A stretch of DNA of 64,000 nucleotides from a bacterium (GCA_963675295.2 CAXXKJ010000002.1:3968001-4032000); one strand, 5' to 3'. Shown: positions 1 through 10,750, counted from the first letter of the stretch. Numbers and translations: made by a program. Notes: a model not told the origin generated them from the sequence alone.

Positions 1-379
1 GCAATAACGAGACGGCGCGTTGGTCGGGGTGACGTGGCGCGAGCAGCATCGATCCGGTTTCCTCGGCAATCCCGAGGGCAGAGCTAAGGCCGGTGTCGGC
101 AGCGGCAAGACGTTTTGTCCACGCGTCGATCTGGCCCGGTGTGGAGTCTGCGGTGGGTGGTTCGATCAGGTCGAGGCCGTTGTCTTTGAGGGCGTCGATC
201 AGGCAGCAGTCGGCGAGGATGGACTCGTCGGTGAAGGCCACGGATTTTGCACCGGAGTCGGTCAGGATCGTCAGGATCGTGGCAGCGGCGTTGCTGTCGT
301 CCGGGACGAAATGCAGCTTCGAATCGACCGCCTTGAGCGCGGCTTCGAGGGTTGCGAATTGTTCGGTGGACGGACTCAT
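1..379 (-). CDS. lutC: Lactate utilization protein C (LUD domain), 3' end beyond window
   Basis: Manual translation from ATG at 379 (overlaps lutB stop): MSPSTEQF...AADTGLSSALGIAEETGSMLL...RAVSLL, LUD-type motif; third gene after lutA-lutB. Not in ORF track because truncated. Confidence 0.75.
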   Translation of the reverse strand, partial: MSPSTEQFATLEAALKAVDSKLHFVPDDSNAAATILTILTDSGAKSVAFTDESILADCCLIDALKDNGLDLIEPPTADSTPGQIDAWTKRLAAADTGLSSALGIAEETGSMLLAPRHPDQRAVSLL

Positions 380-1767
380 TCGTCTTCCCCTTCCTTGAAC
401 AACTCCCGGAACGGTTTCTTCGCGAACCGGGGCGCGTCCCGGTGATCGGTCCAGCCTGGGATCGGCATCTGTTTGCCGGGCCAGGCACTCTGCGCGAAGC
501 GGGCGGCATTGGCGGCGAATTCGTACGCACGGCGTGAGCCCATCGTCTTGCTGAACACGGTCCACACCGGCTTTTCCGGGTCGGCGGACGGCCGCGACTC
601 GACGCGCCGGTGCCGCAGCGTGAGCATCATCTTCGGCAACGGGATCGACACCGGGCAGATCTCCTCGCACGCTCCGCAGAGGCTGCTGGCGAACGGGTGG
701 TGCGGTGCGTGGTTGACACCTTTCAGCGCCGGCGTGAGCACGATCCCGATCGGGCCGGGGTAGGTGCCGCCGTACGGGTGCCCGCCGACCTGCTGGTACA
801 CCGGGCACGCGTTGAGGCAGGCCCCGCAACGGATGCAGCGCAGCACTTCCCGCAGCTCCGGGTCGTCGTTCAGGCTGCGGCGACCGTTGTCGACGACGAC
901 GACGTGGACCTCGTCCGGGCCGGTGGGTCCGGGTGACGGTCCGTGCATCAGGTTGAGGTACACCGTCGAACGCTGGCCGGTGGCGGAGCGGGCGAGCATC
1001 TGCCAGAGCAACGCGAGGTCGTCCAGGTTGCGCGTGACACGCTCGTAGCCCATCACCGCGATCACGGTCTTTGGCACGGAGGATACCATCCGTCCGTTGC
1101 CCTCGTTGGTGACCGTGGCGAGGTGGCCGGTTTGAGCAACGGCGAAGTTGACGCCGATCATGCCGACCTTGGCCGCGAGGAAGCGTTCCCGCAGCACACG
1201 CCGTGCGACCTGGGTCAGCGTCGGCGGATCGTTGGTGTACTCGATGCCGAGCTTGTCGTGGAACAGTTGGCCAACGTCGTTGCGGTCGAGGTGCATCCCG
1301 GGCATGGTGATATGGCTCGGGACTTCGTGGCGCAGTTGCACGATGTATTCGCCGAGGTCGGTTTCGACGGGCTCGATGCCGTGACGCTCGAGGTAGTCGT
1401 TGATGCCGATCTCTTCCGTCAGCATCGACTTCGACTTGAGCACATTGTCCGCGCCCTTGTCACGCACGATGCCGAGGATGATGTCGTTGGCGATGGCAGA
1501 ATTTGGGGCGTGGTGAACGTTAATCCCGTTTGCCTTCCACTGTTCGGTGAGCTCGGCGTGGATCTCGTCCAGGTGGTCGAGCACGTCCTGCCGCCGTTCG
1601 ACGACGCGGTTGCGGCGATCTTCGAAGTCCGGCCATTCGGCGTAGCGGAGGTCGCGTGTCCCCACCGCCTTGCGCGTGTTCGTTTTGAACGGCGGCGGGT
1701 CACGGCGCTCTTTCAACTGCCGCTTGATCTCGGTCTTGATGTCTGCCGGAGGCGTTCCGTGGGCCAT
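376..1767 (-). CDS. lutB: Lactate utilization protein B, Fe-S cluster-binding
   Basis: KSKSMLTEEI, ETDLGEYI, TNEGNGR, CIRCGACLNACPVY and SSLCGACEEICPV motifs; start MAHGTPP at 1767 overlaps lutA stop. Confidence 0.92.
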   Translation of the reverse strand: MAHGTPPADIKTEIKRQLKERRDPPPFKTNTRKAVGTRDLRYAEWPDFEDRRNRVVERRQDVLDHLDEIHAELTEQWKANGINVHHAPNSAIANDIILGIVRDKGADNVLKSKSMLTEEIGINDYLERHGIEPVETDLGEYIVQLRHEVPSHITMPGMHLDRNDVGQLFHDKLGIEYTNDPPTLTQVARRVLRERFLAAKVGMIGVNFAVAQTGHLATVTNEGNGRMVSSVPKTVIAVMGYERVTRNLDDLALLWQMLARSATGQRSTVYLNLMHGPSPGPTGPDEVHVVVVDNGRRSLNDDPELREVLRCIRCGACLNACPVYQQVGGHPYGGTYPGPIGIVLTPALKGVNHAPHHPFASSLCGACEEICPVSIPLPKMMLTLRHRRVESRPSADPEKPVWTVFSKTMGSRRAYEFAANAARFAQSAWPGKQMPIPGWTDHRDAPRFAKKPFRELFKEGEDE

Positions 1768-2510
1768 CAGTTCTCCTCTCCGGCAAGAATCCGCGCGTAG
1801 TGTAGCGTTTTCACCGGCGAGTTGCGTTTGCTCAGCATCCCGCCGATGTGCATCAGGCAGGAGTCGTCGGTGGCGGTGACGGTCTGCGCGCCACTCTGTT
1901 CGATCGCCAGCAGTTTGTCTTCGCCGATCGCGGCCGATAACGCGCTGAATTTCGCAGCGAAGGTCCCGCCGAAACCGCAGCATTGTTTCCGATCCTGCAG
2001 TTCGACGAGGTCGATGCCCTGCACGTTCCGCAAGAGCGTCAGCGGCTGCAGGTCGATGCCGAGCTCACGGTAGCCGTGGCACGAGGTGTGCCAGGCAACG
2101 CGTCCGTTCCACGTTCCGCCGATGTCCGTGATCTTGAGTTCGTCCACGATAAACTGGCTCACTTCGAAGATGCGTCCGCGAAGGTGTTTCCAGTCGTCCC
2201 GGACGGACGCTGGCAGCTCCAGCTCGCCGTAATGCTTCTTCACCATCGAGAGGCACGATCCGGACGGCGCGACGACAGCCTCGGCGTCCTTGAACAGCCG
2301 GATCCAGCGTTCCGCGAGCCGGACGGTTTCCTTCTGGAAGCCGCTGTTAAAGGACGGTTGTCCGCAGCAAGTTTGCTCGCGGTTGTAGGTGACACGGCAG
2401 CCAGCGCGTTTCAGCAGTGTCGCGGTGGCGAGCCCGGTTGACGGGAACAGCTGGTCGACAAAACAGGGTATGAAGAGAGAGACAGTCGGCGCGGACACGT
2501 TTCGCCTCAT
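1767..2510 (-). CDS. lutA: Lactate utilization protein A, CCG-domain Fe-S oxidoreductase
   Basis: LFIPCFVDQLFP, QTCCGQP and CCGFGGTF motifs; start uncertain (2510 or GTG 2498). Confidence 0.9.
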   Translation of the reverse strand: MRRNVSAPTVSLFIPCFVDQLFPSTGLATATLLKRAGCRVTYNREQTCCGQPSFNSGFQKETVRLAERWIRLFKDAEAVVAPSGSCLSMVKKHYGELELPASVRDDWKHLRGRIFEVSQFIVDELKITDIGGTWNGRVAWHTSCHGYRELGIDLQPLTLLRNVQGIDLVELQDRKQCCGFGGTFAAKFSALSAAIGEDKLLAIEQSGAQTVTATDDSCLMHIGGMLSKRNSPVKTLHYARILAGEEN

Positions 2511-2655
2511 TGCGTGATCGGAAGCTGGTAAGGTACGAGCAAGGCGGGTCCGGGCCAAATCCCGAAGCCGGAGGGGCCGGATCTCCTCGACCTCGGCGGG
2601 CTTGGCTGCGAGCTGTATATTGGGCATCATCCACGTTGATTACATGAGAGCGGTC

Positions 2656-3678
2656 ATGCGTGTCTTGATCACCGGCGGCGCCGGATTCATCGGTTCGAAC
2701 CTCGTCCATTTTCTGCTCAGGGAGCGTCCCGACTGGGAGCTGATCAACCTGGACGCGCTGACCTACGCCGGGAACCTGGAGAATCTCGCCGGGCTGGAGG
2801 ATAATCCGCGGTACACGTTCGTCAAGGCGGACATCACGGACGTTGATGCTGTCCAGGCGATCTTCGCGGAGCACAAGCCGGACGCGGTGCTGCACCTCGC
2901 CGCCGAGTCGCATGTTGATCGTTCCATCCTCGACTCCAGCGCATTCATCCGAACCAATGTGCTCGGTACGCAGGTCTTGCTCGACGCGGCCCGTTCACTG
3001 GGCACAGACACCCGGTTCGTGCATGTCTCCACCGACGAGGTGTATGGCACGTTGGGCGCGAGCGGAAAATTTACGGAAACGACTCCGCTCGCTCCGAACA
3101 GCCCGTACTCGGCGTCGAAGGCGGGGTCGGACTGTCTCGTGCGCGCGGCGCATGAAACGTTCGGCATGAACACGGTGATCACGCGCTGCTCGAACAATTA
3201 CGGTCCGTTCCAGTTCCCGGAGAAACTGATTCCGTTGATGATCGCCAATGCCCGCGCGGACAAGGATTTGCCGGTGTATGGAGACGGGATGCAGGTACGT
3301 GACTGGCTGTACGTTGAGGATCATTGCTCGGCGTTGCTGACAGTGCTCGAAAAGGGAACAACGGGCGACGTGTACAACATCGGCGGCAACAACGAATGGC
3401 CGAATATCGAGGTGGTGCGGCTCATCCTGAAACACCTGGACAAGCCGGAAAGCCTGATTCGCTATGTGCAGGACCGTCCGGGTCATGACCGCCGCTATGC
3501 CATCGACGCGAGTATAATTCACCGTGAATTGGGCTGGAGCCCGGCGTATACGTTTGAAAAGGCATTGCCAGCCACCATCGAATGGTATCTGGAACATGAG
3601 GAATGGGTGGGGCGTGTTCAAAGTGGACGATATCAGGAATATTACGAGAATCAATACGGATCCCGGTTGTCCTCGTAG
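2656..3678 (+). CDS. rfbB: dTDP-glucose 4,6-dehydratase
   Basis: [39 protein letters not shown] and [10 protein letters not shown] motifs. Confidence 0.96.
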   Translation: MRVLITGGAGFIGSNLVHFLLRERPDWELINLDALTYAGNLENLAGLEDNPRYTFVKADITDVDAVQAIFAEHKPDAVLHLAAESHVDRSILDSSAFIRTNVLGTQVLLDAARSLGTDTRFVHVSTDEVYGTLGASGKFTETTPLAPNSPYSASKAGSDCLVRAAHETFGMNTVITRCSNNYGPFQFPEKLIPLMIANARADKDLPVYGDGMQVRDWLYVEDHCSALLTVLEKGTTGDVYNIGGNNEWPNIEVVRLILKHLDKPESLIRYVQDRPGHDRRYAIDASIIHRELGWSPAYTFEKALPATIEWYLEHEEWVGRVQSGRYQEYYENQYGSRLSS

Positions 3679-4066
3679 AGTCCCTTTTGTGAGCAACATT
3701 GTGGCGTAATCTTCATCCAATGCTAACAGTGTAGCATAGTGATGCGGTTAGCTTAGGTATCGGTTTTGCTACGTTGGAAAGTATGGATGCGATTGTTGTC
3801 ACAAGCTTTTGATTTTTGGCAAATTCCACCAAAACTGTGGTGGAGCCATCAGGTACCCGGATTGTGAACAGGACAATATCTCGAGTTATATTCTGAATTA
3901 ACAAGATTCTAGCATCGTTTAGAACACAAAGAATTCATGTCCTTTTCAACACAATTTGGGAATTGAAACGGTACACTGGCGGTGAGATTCACGCGTAACG
4001 ATCGTATCTATCATCGTTTCTTTACGAAGTAAATCGAAAACACCGAAAGAGGAAGTGGATTTTCAC

Positions 4067-5302
4067 ATGAGCATATTTGGTCTGAAACGGAGTCGTGGTA
4101 GCTCTGAGACAGGCGGTAAGGCCGGCACCTCATGCCTGCTGATCGATTATGAGAACCTGGCCATCAGCCTGCGCGAAAAGTGTCCGGATTGCAATCTGGA
4201 TCTGGCTGCTGTTCTGGACGAAGCGAAGAAGCACTCCCCCGACGGTCGGATTGACGCGATGTACGCGTACGCGGACTGGCGTCATTTCGCCCAGCACGCA
4301 AACGCGCTCGTTCGTCTCGGGATAAAAACGGTCCAGGCCCCCAGTTTCCGGTACCAGGGCAAGAACGCGACGGACATCCAGATGGCGGTCGAAGCGACCG
4401 ATCTGTTGCATTTACACCCGGAACTGCAGGTTTTCGTCCTCGCCACCGGCGACAGCGATTTCACACCCTTGGTTCAGCTCCTGCGTTCACGCGGCAAACG
4501 TGTGATCGGCATCGGCGTCGGCGGCAGCGTCAGCAAGCACCTGACGACGGTTTGTGATGAGTTCATTCATTACGAAGAACTGGCTGGCGTCGAGCAGCCC
4601 CAGCCGGCGAAGAAGGCTTCAACGCCGATGTATCGTGAACGTGTGCTGGCGACCGATCCGGACCCGAAGAAGGTGTCCGAGGCAGTCCAGCCCTACAAGG
4701 CCAGTCAGTCGTCGACGCGGTTAAATGCGACCCCGGCGAACTCTGCCCCATCGCGGGAGAAGGTGCGAGTCAACGGAAACGGGAATGGAAATGGAAACGG
4801 CAAGCCGAATGGCAATGGCGCGCCGACGTATGCCAAACCTGCCGCTGATCTGTCGGGTCTGGAAGCGTCCCGTGAAGCGATTGGCCTCGACCCGAACCAC
4901 CTGTTGACCTCCAGCCGTCTCAAGCAGTTGCTGCCAATGGCAGCGGAAGCGTGGCATGAAGCCAAGCCGGAATATGCGCCACAGATGAAACACGCATTGA
5001 TGCGTCGATTCCCCGGTCAGATGAACCAGTTTGAGGCGCAGGTGACTGCGAGCCTGCTGGAAAAGACCAATGGCCTCGGCCAGCAGGGCTGGCTGGTGGT
5101 TGGCGGTTCGGACGGAGACCTGTTGTTCGACCTGTTGCTTCACGCCTCGCAACGCGCGTTGAGCAAGCAGGGCAGCAACGAAGCGGACGATCCGGAACGG
5201 ATCGGCCAAGTACTGTTGCACGACTCGATCGAACGGCCTGAGCTGCGGATGCGCATCGTGCGCGGAAAATCCGCCGTCCAGAGGTACTACCAGTTGAACT
5301 GA
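4067..5302 (+). CDS. NYN domain (LabA/DUF88, PIN-like) protein with low-complexity linker and unrecognised C-terminal domain
   Basis: IDYEN, GKNATDI and TGDSDF motifs in the N-terminal ~175 aa; NGNGNGNG linker. Confidence 0.85.
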   Translation: MSIFGLKRSRGSSETGGKAGTSCLLIDYENLAISLREKCPDCNLDLAAVLDEAKKHSPDGRIDAMYAYADWRHFAQHANALVRLGIKTVQAPSFRYQGKNATDIQMAVEATDLLHLHPELQVFVLATGDSDFTPLVQLLRSRGKRVIGIGVGGSVSKHLTTVCDEFIHYEELAGVEQPQPAKKASTPMYRERVLATDPDPKKVSEAVQPYKASQSSTRLNATPANSAPSREKVRVNGNGNGNGNGKPNGNGAPTYAKPAADLSGLEASREAIGLDPNHLLTSSRLKQLLPMAAEAWHEAKPEYAPQMKHALMRRFPGQMNQFEAQVTASLLEKTNGLGQQGWLVVGGSDGDLLFDLLLHASQRALSKQGSNEADDPERIGQVLLHDSIERPELRMRIVRGKSAVQRYYQLN

Positions 5303-5341
5303 TCCCCGGCTTGCATTGTGAGTCGGTAAGTACGATTTTTC

Positions 5342-5369
5342 AGCCGCGGCAGGGTTGCCGCGGCTTTTT
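5342..5369 (+). terminator. Intrinsic terminator
   Basis: AGCCGCGGCA-GGGT-TGCCGCGGCT followed by TTTT, after the NYN gene. Confidence 0.7.
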
Positions 5370-5385
5370 CTCTCCCGGGAGACGT

Positions 5386-6081
5386 ATGACTGGCAGCAAC
5401 ACACCACGTCTCGAATTGAACGATCTCACCCTCTCCGTACCGGATGAGTCCGGGACTCGTACACTCGCTGAGCACCTTTCGTTGTCCTTGCATGCGAATC
5501 AGCTGGTGGCGGTCAACGGCCCGTCCGGGTCGGGCAAATCGACGTTGTTGCGTGCGTGTATCCGGCTGCACGAACCGGATTCCGGCACGATTTCGCTGGA
5601 CGGCGAGGCGATCACCTCGCTGCAGCCCCCGGTTTTGCGGCGGCGGATTGCGTATTTGCGGCAGTTTCCGGTGTTCACGCCGGGCACGGTGGCGGACACG
5701 TTGCTCGAACCGTTCGGCTGGAAAGTTGACGGGTCGGAAAAACCGTCAAAGCAGCGGCTGGAGAAGGGGCTGTCGGCGCTCGGACTGCCGGCGACGCTAC
5801 TGGCGCAGGAGACAGGTAAACTGTCTGGCGGAGAAGCGCAACGGGTGGCGTTGCTGCGCGCGTTCCTGGTCAAGCCGGATCTGCTGCTGCTGGATGAATC
5901 GTCCGCGAACCTTGACCCGGAGCATGAGGGAACGCTGGTACGCGAGGTCAAACGCTGGGTGAACGAGGACAACCACGCGGCGATCTGGGTAACGCACAGC
6001 CGTGGCCTGCTGCGCGAATTGGACGCGGACAACGTGCGGCTCACGCCGCAGGGCTTCGAACGCGAGGAGGACGGACAATGA
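5386..6081 (+). CDS. ABC transporter ATP-binding protein (FetA-like)
   Basis: GPSGSGKS Walker A, LSGGE signature, LLLLDE Walker B; overlaps next gene (ATGA). Confidence 0.88.
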   Translation: MTGSNTPRLELNDLTLSVPDESGTRTLAEHLSLSLHANQLVAVNGPSGSGKSTLLRACIRLHEPDSGTISLDGEAITSLQPPVLRRRIAYLRQFPVFTPGTVADTLLEPFGWKVDGSEKPSKQRLEKGLSALGLPATLLAQETGKLSGGEAQRVALLRAFLVKPDLLLLDESSANLDPEHEGTLVREVKRWVNEDNHAAIWVTHSRGLLRELDADNVRLTPQGFEREEDGQ

Positions 6082-6875
6082 ACAACACCGTCCCCTATGA
6101 ACTGAATGTGCTGCGTGTTTCGCTCGCGGCAGGGTTTGTCCTCGTCGCCGGGATTATCAGCGTACTGTACAACCTCGGCCTCGCGAAACGGCTGGCGATT
6201 TCGACGGTTCGCACCGCGTTGCAGCTTGGTCTCGCCGGAGTGGCGCTGTCATTCGTCTTCGGAATTGAGCACGTCGCGCTGGTGCTGCTGCTCGGTCTGG
6301 TGATGATCCTGCTGGCGGGCCATGAAGCACTCAACCGGCAGTCGGTGAAGTTGCGCGGGACAGCATTCGACGTGTTCCTCGCGATGACAGTGTCGGCGTT
6401 CACCGTCAGCCTGGTGGTGACCGGCGCGATCATCGGCGCGGAACCGATCTGGCGGCCGCCGGTGTTTGTCCCGATCCTCGGCATGATCCTCGGCAATTCG
6501 CTGAACGGAATTTCGCTGGCGTTGGACCGGTTTCTGACCGGCTGCGTTGACCAGCGCGCGTTGATTGAGACCCGGCTCAGCCTCGGCGCGACGGCAAAGG
6601 AAGCGGTGCAGCCGTTGGTGCGGGACGCAGTACGTACCGGCATGATCCCGATCATCAACGCGATGGCGATTGTCGGGATCGTCAGCCTGCCCGGCATGAT
6701 GACCGGCCAGCTACTCGCGGGTGCCGATCCGAAAGATGCAGTGATGTACCAGGTGGTAGTGATGTACATGCTGGCGGCGAGTACGTCGTTTGCGGCGATG
6801 ATCTCGGTACTGATGGTCCGGCGGCGGGTGTTTACCTCGAGCATGGCGCTGCGGCAGGATCTCGAGCGGTCGTGA
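6078..6875 (+). CDS. ABC transporter permease, FetB/UPF0014 family
   Basis: RTALQL, PILGMILGNSLNG and GIVSLPGMMTGQLLAG motifs; multiple TM helices. Confidence 0.9.
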   Translation: MNNTVPYELNVLRVSLAAGFVLVAGIISVLYNLGLAKRLAISTVRTALQLGLAGVALSFVFGIEHVALVLLLGLVMILLAGHEALNRQSVKLRGTAFDVFLAMTVSAFTVSLVVTGAIIGAEPIWRPPVFVPILGMILGNSLNGISLALDRFLTGCVDQRALIETRLSLGATAKEAVQPLVRDAVRTGMIPIINAMAIVGIVSLPGMMTGQLLAGADPKDAVMYQVVVMYMLAASTSFAAMISVLMVRRRVFTSSMALRQDLERS

Positions 6876-6934
6876 ACGAGAATACCCGGCTCCATTCAGG
6901 AACCGGGCTGTTTGATTCACTCACGTAGTACGGT

Positions 6935-7351
6935 TCAATCCTCAAGCTGATCGGCGAGGGTTACATGCTTTTCCTCGCGGACCTTTTCATCCATCTTGTC
7001 CTCGAACGCCTTCACTTTTTCGATCAGAGCATCATTGATAAACGGTTTCACGATGTAGTCATTCACGCCATAACGCAGCAGACGCTGGATAACCGCAGTC
7101 CGGTTTTCCGCAGTCACCGCAATGATTGGGACATTGTCCATGGAGGGAATCTGGCGAATACCCCTTACCAGTGAAAACCCACCCATGCCAGGCATGTAGA
7201 TGTCGGTCAGGATCAGGTCGACAGCCTTGAGGCGTGTCATCGCCTCGGTGCCATTGGCAGCTTCCACGATATCCGTGTAGCCGGCATTTTCCAGCGCGTG
7301 TCGGACGATCTTCCGCATCGCGCCGACATCATCGACGACCAGGATGCGCAC
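6935..7351 (-). CDS. Single-domain response regulator (CheY-like)
   Basis: ILVVDD, LILTDIYMPGMGG and DYIVKPF receiver motifs. Confidence 0.9.
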   Translation of the reverse strand: MRILVVDDVGAMRKIVRHALENAGYTDIVEAANGTEAMTRLKAVDLILTDIYMPGMGGFSLVRGIRQIPSMDNVPIIAVTAENRTAVIQRLLRYGVNDYIVKPFINDALIEKVKAFEDKMDEKVREEKHVTLADQLED

Positions 7352-7481
7352 GGTAACCTCACTCAGCAGAGTAGCAGGTCGGTATCAGAATCATCCACAA
7401 TATAATAAAAAAAATCCCAAATACGTAACCGAGCACCAAAAAAACTTAAAAATTGGTTCCCAAGAAGGCTAACTATCGTTG

Positions 7482-8018
7482 TCAACCCTTGTTTCTGTTG
7501 AAGAAACCGAGGATGACTCCCAGAGCCGTGGCCCAGATTGCGGCCAGACCGACCTGTAAATGACTGGGAAGACTGAAGGTTAGGGTGTGCGCGGGGATCC
7601 AGAACCATAATAGTGTCACCCACGCCTTCTGGAGGCTGGGCCAGTGCATCGGCTTCTTTTCGATGGCGTTATCAGTCCAACGGTGGAAGAGCATCATCAC
7701 CGGGCCGAAGAGGAGGTTGGTGACGGTTGAGACCGAGAGTGCGCGGACAAATCCGCTTTCGGCGGCGTGAAACCAGAAGCCTTTGTGGATGAGGGCGTCC
7801 ACGAAGCCGAAGAAGCCGGCAAACGCATACTTGAAGGAGATGCCGAGGAACGCCCAGACGGCGATCTTGGCGACCAGTTGCCAGCCGCCGAACAGGTGCC
7901 AGCGTCCAAGGCGGATGCGAATCGCGAGCAATTCCCCCACCATGCCGAGAATCGCGACCTGCACCGCGCTCGACAGGATGGGATGGTCAATCACAAAGCT
8001 GAGGTAGAGATCGATCAT
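7482..8018 (-). CDS. Mpv17/PMP22-like membrane protein
   Basis: Multi-TM protein with NLLFGP..M.FHRWTDN and WFWIPAHTLTF motifs. Confidence 0.65.
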   Translation of the reverse strand: MIDLYLSFVIDHPILSSAVQVAILGMVGELLAIRIRLGRWHLFGGWQLVAKIAVWAFLGISFKYAFAGFFGFVDALIHKGFWFHAAESGFVRALSVSTVTNLLFGPVMMLFHRWTDNAIEKKPMHWPSLQKAWVTLLWFWIPAHTLTFSLPSHLQVGLAAIWATALGVILGFFNRNKG

Positions 8019-8158
8019 GCGTTCCCCCGTGTTTCGGGGGAAGGTAGGAGTTCACGGGCTGCGTATGGCGAGCGAAGAGCCGGGTGTTCAAGCGAATGGT
8101 TGGCTTCGACATCGTCAGAAAACGTGCGGACTACCCCTGAGATACCACTTGCGGCAAT

Positions 8159-8189
8159 AAAAAGGGCTTCCAGTTACCCGGAAGCCCTT
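8159..8189 (-). terminator. Intrinsic terminator of the kor operon
   Basis: AAGGGCTTCC / GGAAGCCCTT stem with T-run on the minus strand. Confidence 0.75.
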
Positions 8190-8213
8190 GCTTGTCTTCA
8201 TCAGAAAACGATT

Positions 8214-8768
8214 CTACGCCATCGCGGCGTGCAGCTCCTTGGCGGCGTTGATGCCGACGTCCAGCGCCTTCATGTTGTACATCTCGGTGCCCTTCGGCGC
8301 GCGGCGTTTCAGTGCTTCGCGGATGGATTCTTCCGAGACGACGTCGGTCAGCGCGACCATGGTGCCGAGCGCGACGGCGGACGTGTAGACCATACGTCCG
8401 AGGTTTTTCGCGGTCAGGTCGATGATCGGAATCCGGTAGACGGTGTACAGCTCTTCGTGTTCCTTCGGGATCTCGACCAGGTTCGGATCGATCACGACCG
8501 GGACACCCGGTTTCAGGTCAATGCCGAACTGCTTGTACGACTTCGTCGCTAGTGAGAGGAAGAAGTCGATTTCCGAGGTACGCGGGAACAGGATCGCGTC
8601 GTCATCTACGATCACGTCAACTTTTGTCGGGCCTCCGCGAACCTGTGCGGTGTAGGTTGGCGAACCGGCGGCCTGCATGCCTTCGAGGAAGGCCGCGTCC
8701 GCGATGATGGTGCCGGCGAGGATGATACCCTGCCCGCCAACGGCTGAGAAACGTGCTTCGAAATGCAT
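8214..8768 (-). CDS. korC: 2-oxoacid:ferredoxin oxidoreductase gamma subunit
   Basis: GGQGIILAG and YTAQVRGG motifs; operon context. Confidence 0.88.
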   Translation of the reverse strand: MHFEARFSAVGGQGIILAGTIIADAAFLEGMQAAGSPTYTAQVRGGPTKVDVIVDDDAILFPRTSEIDFFLSLATKSYKQFGIDLKPGVPVVIDPNLVEIPKEHEELYTVYRIPIIDLTAKNLGRMVYTSAVALGTMVALTDVVSEESIREALKRRAPKGTEMYNMKALDVGINAAKELHAAMA

Positions 8769-8780
8769 GGCGGTCCCCCC

Positions 8781-9608
8781 TTATGCCGACTGCTGTTCTG
8801 CCAACTTGGCGATCAGTTTCTCGTACGTATCGCAGTACTCGGGACGATCGATGTCTTCGTGCAGCACGCCCACCGGGAAGTGTTTCGCCCGGTCGCCGTC
8901 CGACATCTTTTCCCACTTGCGTTCCGAAACCGCGCGGTCGTTGATCCAGTTCACCATGTTCATCGGATCGGCCATTTTGTTGCGGCGGCCGAACTGGGTG
9001 TGGCAATTGGAGACGATCTCGAGGAAACTGAAGCCTTTGTGTTCGAAGGCTTTCTTCAGCAACTGGCTCAGCTGCTTGCCGTTGCCGACCTGGCCACGCG
9101 CAACGAAGCTGGCGCCCGCGCCGGTGAGCAATTTGACGAGATCGAAGGACGGTTCGAGATTGCCGTACGGCGCTGTCGCCGCCTTCGCACCCAGCGGCGT
9201 GGTCGGCGAATACTGGCCGCCGGTCATGCCGTAGATGTTGTTGTTGTTGATGATGACGGTGATATCGATGTTGCGGCGGGCGGCGTGGATCAGGTGATTG
9301 CCGCCGATCGCGGACCCGTCGCCATCACCGGAGATGACCACGACATGCTTGTCCTGGCGGTGCATCTTGATGCCGGTGGCGAAGCTGATCGCGCGGCCGT
9401 GCGTCGTGTGCAACGTATTGACGTTGAGATAGCCCGGCAGACGGCTGGTGCAGCCAATGCCGGAGACGACGGCGATATCTTCAGGCGCCCACTCGAGTTC
9501 GGAGAACGAGCGGATCATCGACTTCATCACGGTCCCGATCCCGCAGCCGGGGCACCACATGTGCGGCATTTTTTCCTGCCGAATGTAGGGCATGTAATCG
9601 AATGCCAT
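8781..9608 (-). CDS. korB: 2-oxoacid:ferredoxin oxidoreductase beta subunit (TPP-binding)
   Basis: WCPGCG, SGIGC, HTTHGR, GDGDGSAIGGNHLIH and NNIYGMTGGQ motifs. Confidence 0.93.
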   Translation of the reverse strand: MAFDYMPYIRQEKMPHMWCPGCGIGTVMKSMIRSFSELEWAPEDIAVVSGIGCTSRLPGYLNVNTLHTTHGRAISFATGIKMHRQDKHVVVISGDGDGSAIGGNHLIHAARRNIDITVIINNNNIYGMTGGQYSPTTPLGAKAATAPYGNLEPSFDLVKLLTGAGASFVARGQVGNGKQLSQLLKKAFEHKGFSFLEIVSNCHTQFGRRNKMADPMNMVNWINDRAVSERKWEKMSDGDRAKHFPVGVLHEDIDRPEYCDTYEKLIAKLAEQQSA

Positions 9609-10750
9609 CAGGCCACCTCCTCGATTGCGGCGAGAATTTCGTTCGGGTAGATGGGCACGCCACCGACCTTGTTCACTCGCTTGATGGGACGGTCGAAGTG
9701 CACCGCGCGTTCAACTTCGTAGACCATCTGGCCCATGTTGAATTCCGGTACGACGAGGTATTTCTTGTCGCGGCCGAATTCGTAGACCTGATCCTTCGGG
9801 AACGGCCACACGGTCACCGGGCGCAGCATGCCAACCTTGACACCGGCTTCGCGCGCCTTCTTCACCGCGGCCATGGCGGCGCGGGCGGTGGACCCGAAGC
9901 TGATGACACCGATTTCGGCGTCGTCGGCCATGTAGTACTCGACCTTGTCGATCTTGTCGCGATTGCCGAGCACCTTCCGGATATGGCGTTCCATGTCCAT
10001 CTTGATGTAGTCCGGGTTGGTTGTCGGAAACCCGGTGGCATCGTGGTTCAGGCCGGTCGTGTGCCACGTCGCGCCGTCGAAGTAGGGACGGAACGGCGGG
10101 ACGTCATCCTTCTTCACGTCGTACGGAAGGAATTTCTTCGGATCGCCGGTGTCCATCTTCCGGTTGATGATCTCGAACGAGCCGGGTTCGGGCGGGATAA
10201 CGCCTTCGCTGAGGTGACCGAGCACCTCATCCAGCAGCAGGATGACCGGCATCCGGAACTGTTCGGCGAGATTGAACGCCCGGATGGTCTCCATGTAGAT
10301 TTCCTGGTGGAAGGCCGGGGCGATGGCGATCGTCGGGTGGTCGCCGTGCGTTCCCCAACGTGCCTGCATCAGGTCGGCCTGCGCCGGGTGTGTCGGCAGG
10401 CCGGTGGAGGGACCGCCGCGCATCACGTTTACCACCACGCACGGTGCTTCGACCATGTAGCCGAAGCCGAGGTTTTCCAGCTTCAGGCTCATACCGGGGC
10501 CGGAGGTGGCGGTCAACGCTTTCGCGCCGGCCAGACTTGCGCCAACGACGGAGCCCATCGCGCCGATTTCATCTTCCATCTGGATGAAATGGCCGCCATG
10601 CCTCGGCAACAGCGCGCTCATGTGATGGGCGATTTCCGAGGACGGCGTAATCGGATAGCCGCCAAAGAAATTACACCCCGCCGCGATAGCGGCTTCCGCG
10701 ACAACGATGTTGCCGGGCCAGAATTTTACGTCGTGTCCGTTATCGGTCAT
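9608..10750 (-). CDS. korA: 2-oxoacid:ferredoxin oxidoreductase alpha subunit
   Basis: GYPITPSSEI, QMEDEI, TATSGPG and RGGPSTGLPT motifs. Confidence 0.93.
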   Translation of the reverse strand: MTDNGHDVKFWPGNIVVAEAAIAAGCNFFGGYPITPSSEIAHHMSALLPRHGGHFIQMEDEIGAMGSVVGASLAGAKALTATSGPGMSLKLENLGFGYMVEAPCVVVNVMRGGPSTGLPTHPAQADLMQARWGTHGDHPTIAIAPAFHQEIYMETIRAFNLAEQFRMPVILLLDEVLGHLSEGVIPPEPGSFEIINRKMDTGDPKKFLPYDVKKDDVPPFRPYFDGATWHTTGLNHDATGFPTTNPDYIKMDMERHIRKVLGNRDKIDKVEYYMADDAEIGVISFGSTARAAMAAVKKAREAGVKVGMLRPVTVWPFPKDQVYEFGRDKKYLVVPEFNMGQMVYEVERAVHFDRPIKRVNKVGGVPIYPNEILAAIEEVA

